Translations under genes and position numbers: made by a program
The notes under the pieces: generated by a model
Database searches by the model: none
What the model was told of the DNA's origin: nothing
What the model saw: only the letters and a program-made list of their open reading frames with translations
Origin: an uncultured Chloroflexia bacterium
Lineage (GTDB): Bacteria > Chloroflexota > Limnocylindria > Limnocylindrales > CSP1-4
Reading direction: 5' to 3'
DNA length: 64,000 nt
Assembly: GCA_963833225.1 (NCBI GenBank)
Contig: CAWHXD010000014.1
Span: 32,001 to 96,000 of the forward strand
Shown: piece after piece, positions 8,735-17,583 of the stretch
How positions within the stretch are numbered: position 1 is the stretch's first letter
Layout: every line of letters starts with the position of its first letter

Positions 8735-11209
8735 CTACGCGCGGATCCGCGAGTTCCCCGGGTCATACGGGGCCCGGAGCGACGCGGTCGCGGGCTGCCG
8801 CTCCAGGGCGACCTCGACCTCGATCCTGCCGGCGGTGAGCCAGTCCGACGTCACGGGCCCGTCATCGCGGGTGACGTAGCCCAGCCCGATCGAGCGGCCG
8901 ATCGTGTGCCCGAATGACGCGGACGTGATCCGGCCGACGATGTGGCCGTCCCGCAGGATCGGCTCGTTGTGGTACATGAGCGGCTCGGGGTCATCGAGGG
9001 TCACCACGGCGAGCCGCCGGTTGACCCCGGCCTCACGCTGGCGCACGAGCGCCTCACGGCCGATGAACCCGCCGGGCTTGTCCCAGGCGATCGTGAAGCC
9101 GAGGCCACCCTGGAGCGGCGTGTCCTCCTCGCTGATGTCGTGGCCCCAGTGGCGGTACGCCTTCTCGATCCGGAGCGAGTCGAGCGCGTGGTAGCCCGCG
9201 TGCCGCAGGCCGAACACGTCACCGGCCGCGACGATCGTGTCGTAGATGTGGGTCGCGAACTCCATGGGGACGTAGAGCTCCCAGCCCAGCTCGCCCACGT
9301 AGGTGACGCGGGCCGCGCGTGCGTAGGCGTACCCGAGGTCGATCTCGCGCGCCGTCGCGAACGGGAAGGCCCCGTTGGACAGGTCGGCGTCCGAGAGCGA
9401 CTGGAGCAGCTCTCGGGAGCGGGGACCCATGATCGAGATCACGGTCTCCGCGGACGTCACGTCCGTGACCGCGACCCTGGCATCCGGATCCAGCGTCCGT
9501 CGCAGCCAGTCCAGGTCGCGCTGGGTGCACGCCCCGGTCGTGACGACCATGAACCGGTCGTCGGCCAGGCGCGTAACTGTCAGGTCCGATTCGATGCCGC
9601 CGCGCTCGTTGAGCCACGGCGTGTATACCAGCCTGCCGGGTTCCACCGCGACGTCTCCGGCGCAGATGCGGTTGAGCTCCCGCTCCGCGTCGCGCCCCTG
9701 GACCAGGATCTTGCCAAACGACGTCTGGTCGAACAGGCCCACGCCCTCGCGGACCGCCCGGTGCTCCTCGGCCGAGTACGGGAACCAGTTCTGGCGCCCG
9801 TAGCTGTACTCGTACTCCGGTGCGACCCCCTCGGGCGCGTACCAGTTCGCCCGCTCCCAGCCCGCGACCTCGCCGAAGCACGCGCCGCGTGCGGCCAGCC
9901 GGTCGTGGAGCGGAGAGCGCCGGATCCCGCGTGCCGTCTCGACCTGGCGGAACGGCCAGTGCATGTCGTACAGGAGGCCCAGCGTCTCCGTGGTCCGGTC
10001 GTGCAGGTAGCGGCGGTTGCGCTGGAACGGGTGGAACCGCCGGATGTCCACCTCCCACAGGTCCATCGGCGCGTGGCCGTCCACCACCCAGTCGGCCACA
10101 GCACGCCCGGCCCCGCCGCCGGACGCGAAGCCCACGGAGTTGAACCCGGCGGCCACGAAGTAGCCGGGCAGCGTCGGGGCCTCGCCCAGGATGTACCGGT
10201 CGTCGGGGGTGAAGCTCTCCGGGCCGTTGAAGAACAGCTGGATGCCCACCTTCCCGAACACGGGCAGCTTCTTTGTCGCCCGCAGGATCCACGGCTCCAG
10301 GTGGTCCCAGTCCTCGGGCAGCGTCAGGAACTCGGCGTCCTCGGGGATCCCGTGCGTCGCCCACGGCTTGGCGCCGGGCTCGAAGAACCCGACCATCAGC
10401 TTGCCCGCTTCGTTTCGGGCATAGGTGGCGTCGTCGGGCATCCGCAGGATCGGCAGGTCGGGCGTCAGCTCGGGGATCGGCTCGGTGATCAGGTAGAAGT
10501 GCTCTGCTGCGTGGAGCGGGACGACAACATCCTCACGACCCGCGAGCTCTCGCGCCCACATGCCGGTGCAGTTGACGACGTACTCGCAGTCGATGTCGCC
10601 GCGCTCGGTCGAGACGCCGCTCACGCGCCCGTTCCGGCGGAGGACCCCGGTCACCTTCGTCTGCTCGAACACCTGGGCACCCGCCATCCGCGCCGCCTTG
10701 GCCAGCGCCTGGGTGGTATCGGTCGGGTTGGCCATCCCGTCGCCCGGGATGTACGCGGCTCCGAGGATGTCGCTGGTGTCGAGAAGCGGCCACATGTCGC
10801 CGACCTGCTGCGGGGTGACGAGCTCGATGTCGACCCCCATCAGGTGGCCCATCGACGCATTGCGCCGGATCTCCTCCCAGCGGCCGGGTGTCGAGGCGAT
10901 CAGGATCGAGCCGTGCTGCTCGAAGCCCGTCCCGTCGCCGGTCCGCCGCTCAAGGTCCTGCAGCATGTCCTTCGCGTAGCAGGCGGCGAGGCTCATGTTG
11001 AAGGTGGCCCGCAGCTGGCCCACGAGGCCCGCGGCATGCCAGGTGGTGCCCGAGGTGAGCGTCTTGCGCTCGAGCAGGACGACGTCCTTCCAGCCGCGCT
11101 CGGTGAGGTGGAAGAGCACGCTGGTACCGACGATGCCGCCGCCGATCACGACGACGCGCGCCTGGGTGGGGAAGGGTTCGCCGCCCGCCGGCGGGAGCTC
11201 GTTCGTCAT
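8735..11209 (-). CDS. GcvT-family FAD-dependent oxidoreductase (sarcosine/dimethylglycine dehydrogenase-like)
   Basis: GGGIVG FAD motif, SGTTWHAAG, NGPESFTPD, YVGELGWE, SLRIEK and C-terminal THF-binding domain. Confidence 0.9.
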   Translation of the reverse strand: MTNELPPAGGEPFPTQARVVVIGGGIVGTSVLFHLTERGWKDVVLLERKTLTSGTTWHAAGLVGQLRATFNMSLAACYAKDMLQDLERRTGDGTGFEQHGSILIASTPGRWEEIRRNASMGHLMGVDIELVTPQQVGDMWPLLDTSDILGAAYIPGDGMANPTDTTQALAKAARMAGAQVFEQTKVTGVLRRNGRVSGVSTERGDIDCEYVVNCTGMWARELAGREDVVVPLHAAEHFYLITEPIPELTPDLPILRMPDDATYARNEAGKLMVGFFEPGAKPWATHGIPEDAEFLTLPEDWDHLEPWILRATKKLPVFGKVGIQLFFNGPESFTPDDRYILGEAPTLPGYFVAAGFNSVGFASGGGAGRAVADWVVDGHAPMDLWEVDIRRFHPFQRNRRYLHDRTTETLGLLYDMHWPFRQVETARGIRRSPLHDRLAARGACFGEVAGWERANWYAPEGVAPEYEYSYGRQNWFPYSAEEHRAVREGVGLFDQTSFGKILVQGRDAERELNRICAGDVAVEPGRLVYTPWLNERGGIESDLTVTRLADDRFMVVTTGACTQRDLDWLRRTLDPDARVAVTDVTSAETVISIMGPRSRELLQSLSDADLSNGAFPFATAREIDLGYAYARAARVTYVGELGWELYVPMEFATHIYDTIVAAGDVFGLRHAGYHALDSLRIEKAYRHWGHDISEEDTPLQGGLGFTIAWDKPGGFIGREALVRQREAGVNRRLAVVTLDDPEPLMYHNEPILRDGHIVGRITSASFGHTIGRSIGLGYVTRDDGPVTSDWLTAGRIEVEVALERQPATASLRAPYDPGNSRIRA

Positions 11210-11260
11210 CGGGTTCTCTCCTGCTGGTTGACCAGGGCATGGGTGTCGGCGGGGGGCACG

Positions 11261-13681
11261 TCAGGCGCGCAGTCGCCGGTTCTCTGGGTCGTAGATGGGC
11301 GCCGCCAGCACCGTGGCCGCCAGGCGGACACCGATCAGCTCCACCTCCAGCGTCGTGCCCGGTGTCTCGAAGCCGTGATCGACGTAGGCGAAGCCGAGGC
11401 TCTTGCCGGTGGCATGCCCAAAACCGCCGGAGGTCGTGACGCCGATCGCCCGCCCGCCGGCGAACACCGGCTCCCCGCCGGCCACGTCGGAATCGGCCTC
11501 GCCAACCTCGAGATAGACGAGGTGCGTGGAGGCGCCGCGCTCGCGGGCCGCGATGACCGCGTCTCGTCCCGTGAACTCGTGGTCCAGCTTGACGAAGCGC
11601 ATCATCCCGGCCTCGACCGGCGTGATCTCGTTGGTCAGCTCCACGCCCCAGCCCGGGTACGCCTTCTCCATCCGCAGGCTGTTCATCGCGTACAGCCCGA
11701 AGTCCGCAATGCCGAACGGCTCGCCGGCAGACCACACCGCCTCGTACAGCGCGACCACGTGCTCCATGCGGACATGCAGCTCCCAGCCCAGCTCACCGAC
11801 GTAGTTGACCCGGAGCGCGCGGACGGGGATGCCGGCCACCTCGATCTCGCGGCCGGTCAGCCACGGGAAGGCCGGGCTGGTGAGGTCGGTCTCGGTCAGT
11901 GACGCGAGCACGTCGCGCGAACGCGGGCCGGCCAGGATCAGCGTGGTCCAGTCCTCGCTGACATCCGCGATCTCCACCGCCTCGTCCGCCAACCGCGCGA
12001 AGCGGAACAGGTCGAGGTCGCGCTGGTGGGCGACGGCGCCCGACAGCACGAAGTACCGGTCGGGGGCGAGACGCGTGATGGTGAACTCGGTCGCGTAGCG
12101 GCCGCCGTCGGTCAGCGCATGGGCGAGGACGATGCCACCCTCCCGGCGTGGCATCCGGTTGGCGCACAGGCGGTCCAGGAACGCCTCGGCGCCCGGCCCC
12201 GTGACCTCGAACGTGGCGAAGCTCGGCAGCTCCATCACGGCCACCCGCTCGCGCACCGCGCGGCACTCCGCCGCCACCACCTCGAAGGTGTTGTTGTGGC
12301 GGAAGCCGCAGACCTCCTCGCGCCCGTCGAGCGAGAACCACTTGGGCCGCTCCCAGCCGTAGCCCTCGGTGAACTTGCAGCCCTTGGCCTTGAGGGGCTC
12401 GTACAGGGGCGACGCCTTGGCCGGGCGACCCTCCGGCCGCTCCTCGCCGGGCGGGATGAGCCGGTACATGTCGACGTACTCGCGGTGCGCCTTGGCGGAC
12501 GAATAGGCCTGGTCCGCGAAGGCGCCAAACCGGCGCGGGTCCATGCCCAGCATGTTGATCTCGGCCGACCCGTGGACCATCCACTGGGCGAGGTACCGGG
12601 TGCAGCCGGGCCCCTGCGCGATGCCGATGCCCGTGCCGGTGGCCAGCCAGAAGTTGCGCACGCCCGCTGCCGGACCCACCAGCGGGTTGCTGTCCGGGGT
12701 ATGCGAGATCGCCCCGTTGACGACCTTCTTGATGCCCACCTTGTTGAACACGGGCATCCGCTCCATCACGCGCCCGAGGTTGAGCTCGATCGGATCCCAC
12801 TCCGGTCGGAACAGCTCGTTGGCGGCGTCCCAGGACGGACCACCGCTGTCCGCCCAGGCCTCGCGCGTGTCGCTGCCCTCGTAGATGCCGATGAGGCCGC
12901 TCTTGACCTCCTGGCGGTAGTAGGCCGACGCGTACGGGTCGCGCATCACCGGGATCTCGACATCGCGCTCGAGGAACTCCGGGATCGTCTCCGTCACGAG
13001 GTACTGGTGCTTCATGTTGGCGAACGTGGTCTGGACGCCGAGCCAGGCGCTGACGCGATCCGCATAGCAGCCGGCGGCGTTGACCACGTGCTCGCAGGTG
13101 ATGTCGCCCTTCTCCGTCGCGACCTTGAACTCGCCGCTCGGGAGCTGCTCGATCCCGGTCACCCGGTTGAACTTGCTGGTCGTGCCGCCGAGGTTGGTGG
13201 CCAGGAGCGCCATCGCGTTGCAGGCACCCGACGGGTCGACGTAGCCGTCGTCGAGGGTCCAGGCACCGGCCAGCACGCCCTCGGTGGTGACGAACGGGTT
13301 GATCCGCCGGATCTCGTCGGTGCCGATCAGCTGCATCCGGAAGCCGATGTTGGCCGCGACACCCTCGACCCGCTTGAAGTGGTCGAGCTCCTCCGGGGTC
13401 GTCGCGAACCGGATCCCGCCGACACCCCGCCAGCCGGTGGCCTCGCCGGTCATCGACTCCAGGCGCGCGTACAGGTCGTTGCTGTACGCGTGGACCTTGG
13501 CCAGGTTGTAGTTGGCGATGAAGCTCGGGCACTGGCCCGCCGCATGCCACGTGGAGCCCGACGTCAGCTCGGCCTTCTCGACCAGGATCGTGTCGGTCCA
13601 GCCCTCGAGGGCGAGGTGGTAGAGGAGGCTGATCCCCATGACGCCCCCGCCGACGATCACGACGCGTGCTGTCGACCTCAC
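11261..13681 (-). CDS. GcvT-family FAD-dependent oxidoreductase (dimethylglycine dehydrogenase-like)
   Basis: GGGVMG, SGSTWHAAG, NYVGELGWE and SLRMEK motifs. Confidence 0.9.
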   Translation of the reverse strand: MRSTARVVIVGGGVMGISLLYHLALEGWTDTILVEKAELTSGSTWHAAGQCPSFIANYNLAKVHAYSNDLYARLESMTGEATGWRGVGGIRFATTPEELDHFKRVEGVAANIGFRMQLIGTDEIRRINPFVTTEGVLAGAWTLDDGYVDPSGACNAMALLATNLGGTTSKFNRVTGIEQLPSGEFKVATEKGDITCEHVVNAAGCYADRVSAWLGVQTTFANMKHQYLVTETIPEFLERDVEIPVMRDPYASAYYRQEVKSGLIGIYEGSDTREAWADSGGPSWDAANELFRPEWDPIELNLGRVMERMPVFNKVGIKKVVNGAISHTPDSNPLVGPAAGVRNFWLATGTGIGIAQGPGCTRYLAQWMVHGSAEINMLGMDPRRFGAFADQAYSSAKAHREYVDMYRLIPPGEERPEGRPAKASPLYEPLKAKGCKFTEGYGWERPKWFSLDGREEVCGFRHNNTFEVVAAECRAVRERVAVMELPSFATFEVTGPGAEAFLDRLCANRMPRREGGIVLAHALTDGGRYATEFTITRLAPDRYFVLSGAVAHQRDLDLFRFARLADEAVEIADVSEDWTTLILAGPRSRDVLASLTETDLTSPAFPWLTGREIEVAGIPVRALRVNYVGELGWELHVRMEHVVALYEAVWSAGEPFGIADFGLYAMNSLRMEKAYPGWGVELTNEITPVEAGMMRFVKLDHEFTGRDAVIAARERGASTHLVYLEVGEADSDVAGGEPVFAGGRAIGVTTSGGFGHATGKSLGFAYVDHGFETPGTTLEVELIGVRLAATVLAAPIYDPENRRLRA

Positions 13682-13716
13682 GGCTGTTCCCTCCTCGCGC
13701 TCAACGGCGATCCCGG

Positions 13717-15258
13717 CTACGGCCAGCGACCGTGGCCGGGCTGCATGGCTTCACGTGGCAGACCAATGTCGAAGGCAGCCCGGATTTGGTCATCAAGCTT
13801 CGGGCTGATGTGATCGGGGTAGTGGGTGCGCAGGACTGTCCGCACGCGCTCCCGCGCACGATCCCGGACGTCCCTCCGGCCGCCCGCCTCCCAGGCGACC
13901 GGGGACTCGCGGTCACCGATCGCCGGGTAGACGAAGTCCCGGCGCATCCGCGCCCGGGTCTCCGGGTGGCCGAGGAAGTGGCCCTCGTCGTGGACCACCT
14001 CGTTGATCATGTCGAAGGCCAGCGTCTCATCGGTGACCTCGATGCCGCGCACCGTGCGCTGGACGGCCGCGAGCATGTCATCGTCGATGACGTAGGCCTC
14101 GAGGGCCGTGCTCAGCAGGCTGGACTGCATCCCGGCCGCCTCGCAGATCAGGCTGGCGCCGGCGTTGGCGGCCAGGGTCACGGTGGATGCCTTCTCCGAT
14201 CCTGACTGCGCGTCGGGCAGCTTGGCATCGGTCATCCCGGAGGCCACGCTCCCGGGCAGGTCGTAGAACCCGGCCATCTGGGCGCAGCCCGCGACGATCA
14301 GGCCGTTCTCCGCGCTGCCGGCGGACATCATCCCCGTCCGGAGGTCGGACACGAACGGCCAGGTCCCCAGGTGCGCTCGACTCGATGGGTCGATCAGCTG
14401 GCAGAAGATGAGCCCGCCCAGGGTCTCGGCCATCGTCTGCACGATGGTGCCGGCCAGCGTCACCGGGCTGGTGGCGCCGGCGAGCGGCGAGGAGATGAGA
14501 CCGACGGGCATGCCGGCCCGCACGGCCGCCTCCATCGCCTCGCAGGCATCGGCGGCAAACCGCAGCGGCGGGACCACGTGGGTGCACGCGATGGAGCAGA
14601 ACGGTCGCTTCCGGAACTCGCCCTCGCCACCCAGGCGCATGTCCAGCATCGCGACGGCGGCCCGGACGCTGTCGGCGGTGTCGAAGCTGCTGGTGATGTG
14701 CTTGATCGAGCCCTGCATGCACGCGTACACGGTGTTGAGGTCGATGGCGGCCGCGGTGGGCATGTCGCGCGCCACGATCGAGCGCCAGTAGAAGTGGATG
14801 TGGTCGAGGGTGTCCACCAGCCGCGCGATGTCGTACAGGTCGACCGTGGTCGTCGGCCGGTGGAGCCCCGTCTCGAAGTCGACGATCAGCGGCGCGGCTC
14901 CAGCCGTGCCCGTGTGGACTCGGCCGCCGCCGATCTCGAGGTCCCAGACGGGGTCCTGGCCGGGCAGGACGAAGGTGCGAGGCGCCCGGGCGATGACGTC
15001 CTCGACGAGCGATCGCGGGTAGTGAAGCCGGCCGTCGGCGTCCAGCCAGCCGCCCGCCGCGACGACGAGCTCGGCCATCGAGGAGGTCGGCTCCGCGATC
15101 CCGATCCGCTCCAGCACGTCGAGCACCGTCCGGTGGATGCGCTCCATCTCCGGGTGCGTGAGTGGCTGGTAGCGGCCGCCGACGAGACCGGGCCACACGG
15201 GCGCCATCCCGCCGGGTCCCGCGCCGAGGTCAGTTCCCACCGGCGGACCCCCTGACAC
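13717..15258 (-). CDS. Trimethylamine methyltransferase (MttB) family protein, non-pyrrolysine
   Basis: AGATSPVTLAG, DLRTG and TDAKLPDAQSG motifs; no in-frame TAG. Confidence 0.88.
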   Translation of the reverse strand: MSGGPPVGTDLGAGPGGMAPVWPGLVGGRYQPLTHPEMERIHRTVLDVLERIGIAEPTSSMAELVVAAGGWLDADGRLHYPRSLVEDVIARAPRTFVLPGQDPVWDLEIGGGRVHTGTAGAAPLIVDFETGLHRPTTTVDLYDIARLVDTLDHIHFYWRSIVARDMPTAAAIDLNTVYACMQGSIKHITSSFDTADSVRAAVAMLDMRLGGEGEFRKRPFCSIACTHVVPPLRFAADACEAMEAAVRAGMPVGLISSPLAGATSPVTLAGTIVQTMAETLGGLIFCQLIDPSSRAHLGTWPFVSDLRTGMMSAGSAENGLIVAGCAQMAGFYDLPGSVASGMTDAKLPDAQSGSEKASTVTLAANAGASLICEAAGMQSSLLSTALEAYVIDDDMLAAVQRTVRGIEVTDETLAFDMINEVVHDEGHFLGHPETRARMRRDFVYPAIGDRESPVAWEAGGRRDVRDRARERVRTVLRTHYPDHISPKLDDQIRAAFDIGLPREAMQPGHGRWP

Positions 15259-15850
15259 CCAGCGCGACCCGCGCGGTCTCGAGCAACAGCCGTCGCAGCT
15301 GCTCGGGCGTGACCCCCGGGGCCCCGAGCGAGACGCCCACCGATGCGCCGTCGCCGAAGATGATGAACAGGTCCACGATGTCCGCGACGGGCCAGATCGG
15401 GTGGAACACGCCGGTCGCGATCCCGTCCTCGATCACCTGCCGGAATGGTGGGCGCCACGCGTCATAGAAGCGGTCCAGCTTGCCCCGCAGCTCGTCGTCC
15501 CGGGCCATGGCGCAGAACTCGATCCAGATCCGGCTCCGCCACAGGAGCGGCTCGGGCAGGGAGGCGTACAGCAGCGAGACCAGTCGGGGCCAGGGATCGC
15601 CGTCGGTCGGCGCCGCCTCGAGCCAGGCGTTGAGCCGGCGCTCCGCCGACCAGTCGAACAGCTCGGCGATCAGCCGGCCCCGGGTGTCGAAGTAGTGCTG
15701 GACGGTGCCGATCGAGACACCCGCAGCTTCGCTCACATCACGCAGGCGGCTTCGCTCCACGCCGTGCGTGACCAGGAGCTGCTCGGCCGCCGCGAGGATC
15801 CGCTCCCGCTGTGCCGTCCGACGCGCTTCGTTCACGGCTCGACCGGCCAT
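15230..15850 (-). CDS. TetR-family (BetI-like) transcriptional regulator
   Basis: HTH segment VSEAAGVSIGTVQHYF; C-terminal WIEF motif. Confidence 0.88.
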   Translation of the reverse strand: MAGRAVNEARRTAQRERILAAAEQLLVTHGVERSRLRDVSEAAGVSIGTVQHYFDTRGRLIAELFDWSAERRLNAWLEAAPTDGDPWPRLVSLLYASLPEPLLWRSRIWIEFCAMARDDELRGKLDRFYDAWRPPFRQVIEDGIATGVFHPIWPVADIVDLFIIFGDGASVGVSLGAPGVTPEQLRRLLLETARVALGVRGSAGGN

Positions 15851-15898
15851 GCCATGCCTCGACCACCGGGTGCCACGCCGCGCCCCGGGATGGGCGGC

Positions 15899-15928
15899 AG
15901 TCTACCAATAATACAGGATTATGGTCAA
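15899..15928 (-). promoter_or_regulatory. sigma70-like promoter with an overlapping imperfect palindrome (probable TetR operator)
   Basis: Minus strand TTGACC-N18-TAGACT with a TG extension; the spacer carries ACCATAAT-cctgt-ATTATTGGT; AT-rich island. Confidence 0.65.
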
Positions 15929-15947
15929 TGCCCTTCGCGGCGACGAG

Positions 15948-15994
15948 CCTCAGGCGCCGAACCGGCGCGGGCTGAACGGCGCCAGGAGCTCGGG
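15948..15994 (-). pseudogene. Diverged duplicate of the 3' end of the DadA-like gene
   Basis: Encodes PELLAPFSPRRFGA* versus PEVLAPFSPRRFGA* at 16182-16228. Confidence 0.75.
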
Positions 15995-16025
15995 CTCCGA
16001 CGGGCGGTCCAACGGTCCGGTACAG

Positions 16026-16152
16026 CCGACGAACATGCCGCCGGGCGGTCCGGTCGTTCGCCTGGCGACCCGCCCATCGGATGGTCGTGCCGCCGATCGC
16101 ACCGCCTGTCGGCCGGGGCCGACGGTTGGCCCGCTGGGCGGCATGCGTCAGG
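16026..16152. repeat. Long imperfect inverted repeat
   Basis: catgccgccgggcggtccggtcg pairs with cggttggcccgctgggcggcatg, including G-U pairs. Confidence 0.55.
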
Positions 16153-16183
16153 AACTGCGCACCGCCCCGGGCGCCCTCGGGCC

Positions 16184-17422
16184 TCAGGCGCCGAACCGAC
16201 GCGGGCTGAAGGGCGCCAGGACCTCCGGATCGGCACCGTCCAGGATCACGTCGGCGAGGAGGGTGCCCGTCCGTGGCGCCAGGGTCAGCCCCAGCATCGC
16301 GTGGCCACTGGCGACGTAGACGTTCGAGAACGCCCGCAGCCGCCCGATGAGCGGCAACCCATCGGGCGTCATGGGCCGGAGGCCGGCACTGGGCGCGAGC
16401 GTGGACGCGTCGGGTTCCCAGGAGCGGAAGTAGCGCGTGGGCGCCCGCTTGATCGCCGCGAGCCGGACCGCCGAGATGCGCTCGTCCAGCCCGCCGAACT
16501 CCATCGTGCCGGCGACGCGGGTGGTGCCGCTGAGTGGCGTCACTGCGCAGTGCGCCTCGGACAGCATCACCACGGGACCCGCCGCCAGCTGGCCGGGGAC
16601 GTAGTCCACGCTGTAGCCCTTGCCGGGCCGGATCGGCAGCGAGACACCCAGAAGCCTGGCCACCCGGGCGCTCCACGCCCCGGCGGCGATCACCAGCGCA
16701 TCGGCCCGCATGTTCCCGAACCCGCCCCGCACCTCGATCCCGCCCGACGGCGGTGCCGAGGCGGCGGTCACCTTGCCGTCGACCAGCGCCACGCCCATCG
16801 CTCCCAACCGCCCGACGAGCGCGCTCACGACCGTGGCCGGGTGGACGTGTCGCTCGTTGGGGAAGCGAATCCCGCCAACAACCGCATCGGAGAGCCGGGG
16901 GACGAGAGCACGCGCCTCGTCGCCGGACAGCGCCGCCGGCTCGAACCCCGCGCGCTCGGAGGCCGCGAGGTCGTGGACCGCGTGGCGCAGCTCAACGGGG
17001 TCCAGGTAAGCCCGGATCTCACCGGCTGCGTGCATCTCGAATGCCATGCCGTCCGCCGCCCACGCGTCGAGCTCGTCCATCGTGCCCGCGGCGAGGCGGG
17101 TCGTGGCCTCGAACGCCCGCCGGTAGGCCGTGGCGTTGCAGGCCCCGAGCATCCCGACCATGAACCGGACGAACGACGGAGTTGCGGCCGGCCGCACGTA
17201 CACCGGGCTGTCCCGCTTGAGCATCCAGCGCGCCGTCTGGAGGATGATCCCGGGACCCGGCACCGGCCCGCTCTCCGCAGGAACGACCCAGCCGGCGTTG
17301 TTGCTCGACGCGCCGCTCCCGGGTGCCCGGTCGCCGATGACCACGACCTCGGCGCCGCGCCGGGCCAGGCTGTAGGCAGTGGCGAGCCCGATCAGGCCCG
17401 ATCCGACGACGACGATCTTCAC
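16184..17422 (-). CDS. D-amino acid dehydrogenase (DadA/DAO family)
   Basis: VVGSGLIG, ASSNNAG, GKGYS, GLRPMTPDGLP and GHAMLGLT motifs. Confidence 0.88.
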   Translation of the reverse strand: MKIVVVGSGLIGLATAYSLARRGAEVVVIGDRAPGSGASSNNAGWVVPAESGPVPGPGIILQTARWMLKRDSPVYVRPAATPSFVRFMVGMLGACNATAYRRAFEATTRLAAGTMDELDAWAADGMAFEMHAAGEIRAYLDPVELRHAVHDLAASERAGFEPAALSGDEARALVPRLSDAVVGGIRFPNERHVHPATVVSALVGRLGAMGVALVDGKVTAASAPPSGGIEVRGGFGNMRADALVIAAGAWSARVARLLGVSLPIRPGKGYSVDYVPGQLAAGPVVMLSEAHCAVTPLSGTTRVAGTMEFGGLDERISAVRLAAIKRAPTRYFRSWEPDASTLAPSAGLRPMTPDGLPLIGRLRAFSNVYVASGHAMLGLTLAPRTGTLLADVILDGADPEVLAPFSPRRFGA

Positions 17423-17583
17423 GGTGACAACCCTCGGACCGGTGACGTTGGTCCCCGTTGAGGCGGGTCGGATGGGACGGCGGGGCCCGGCGACAGGGTC
17501 CCCATACTGTACCGGCGGCGCATGAGCGCGATCGGTGATGGTCGCGTGCTGGCCACGCGTCGCTGGAGGAGCGAGGCGAGGTC

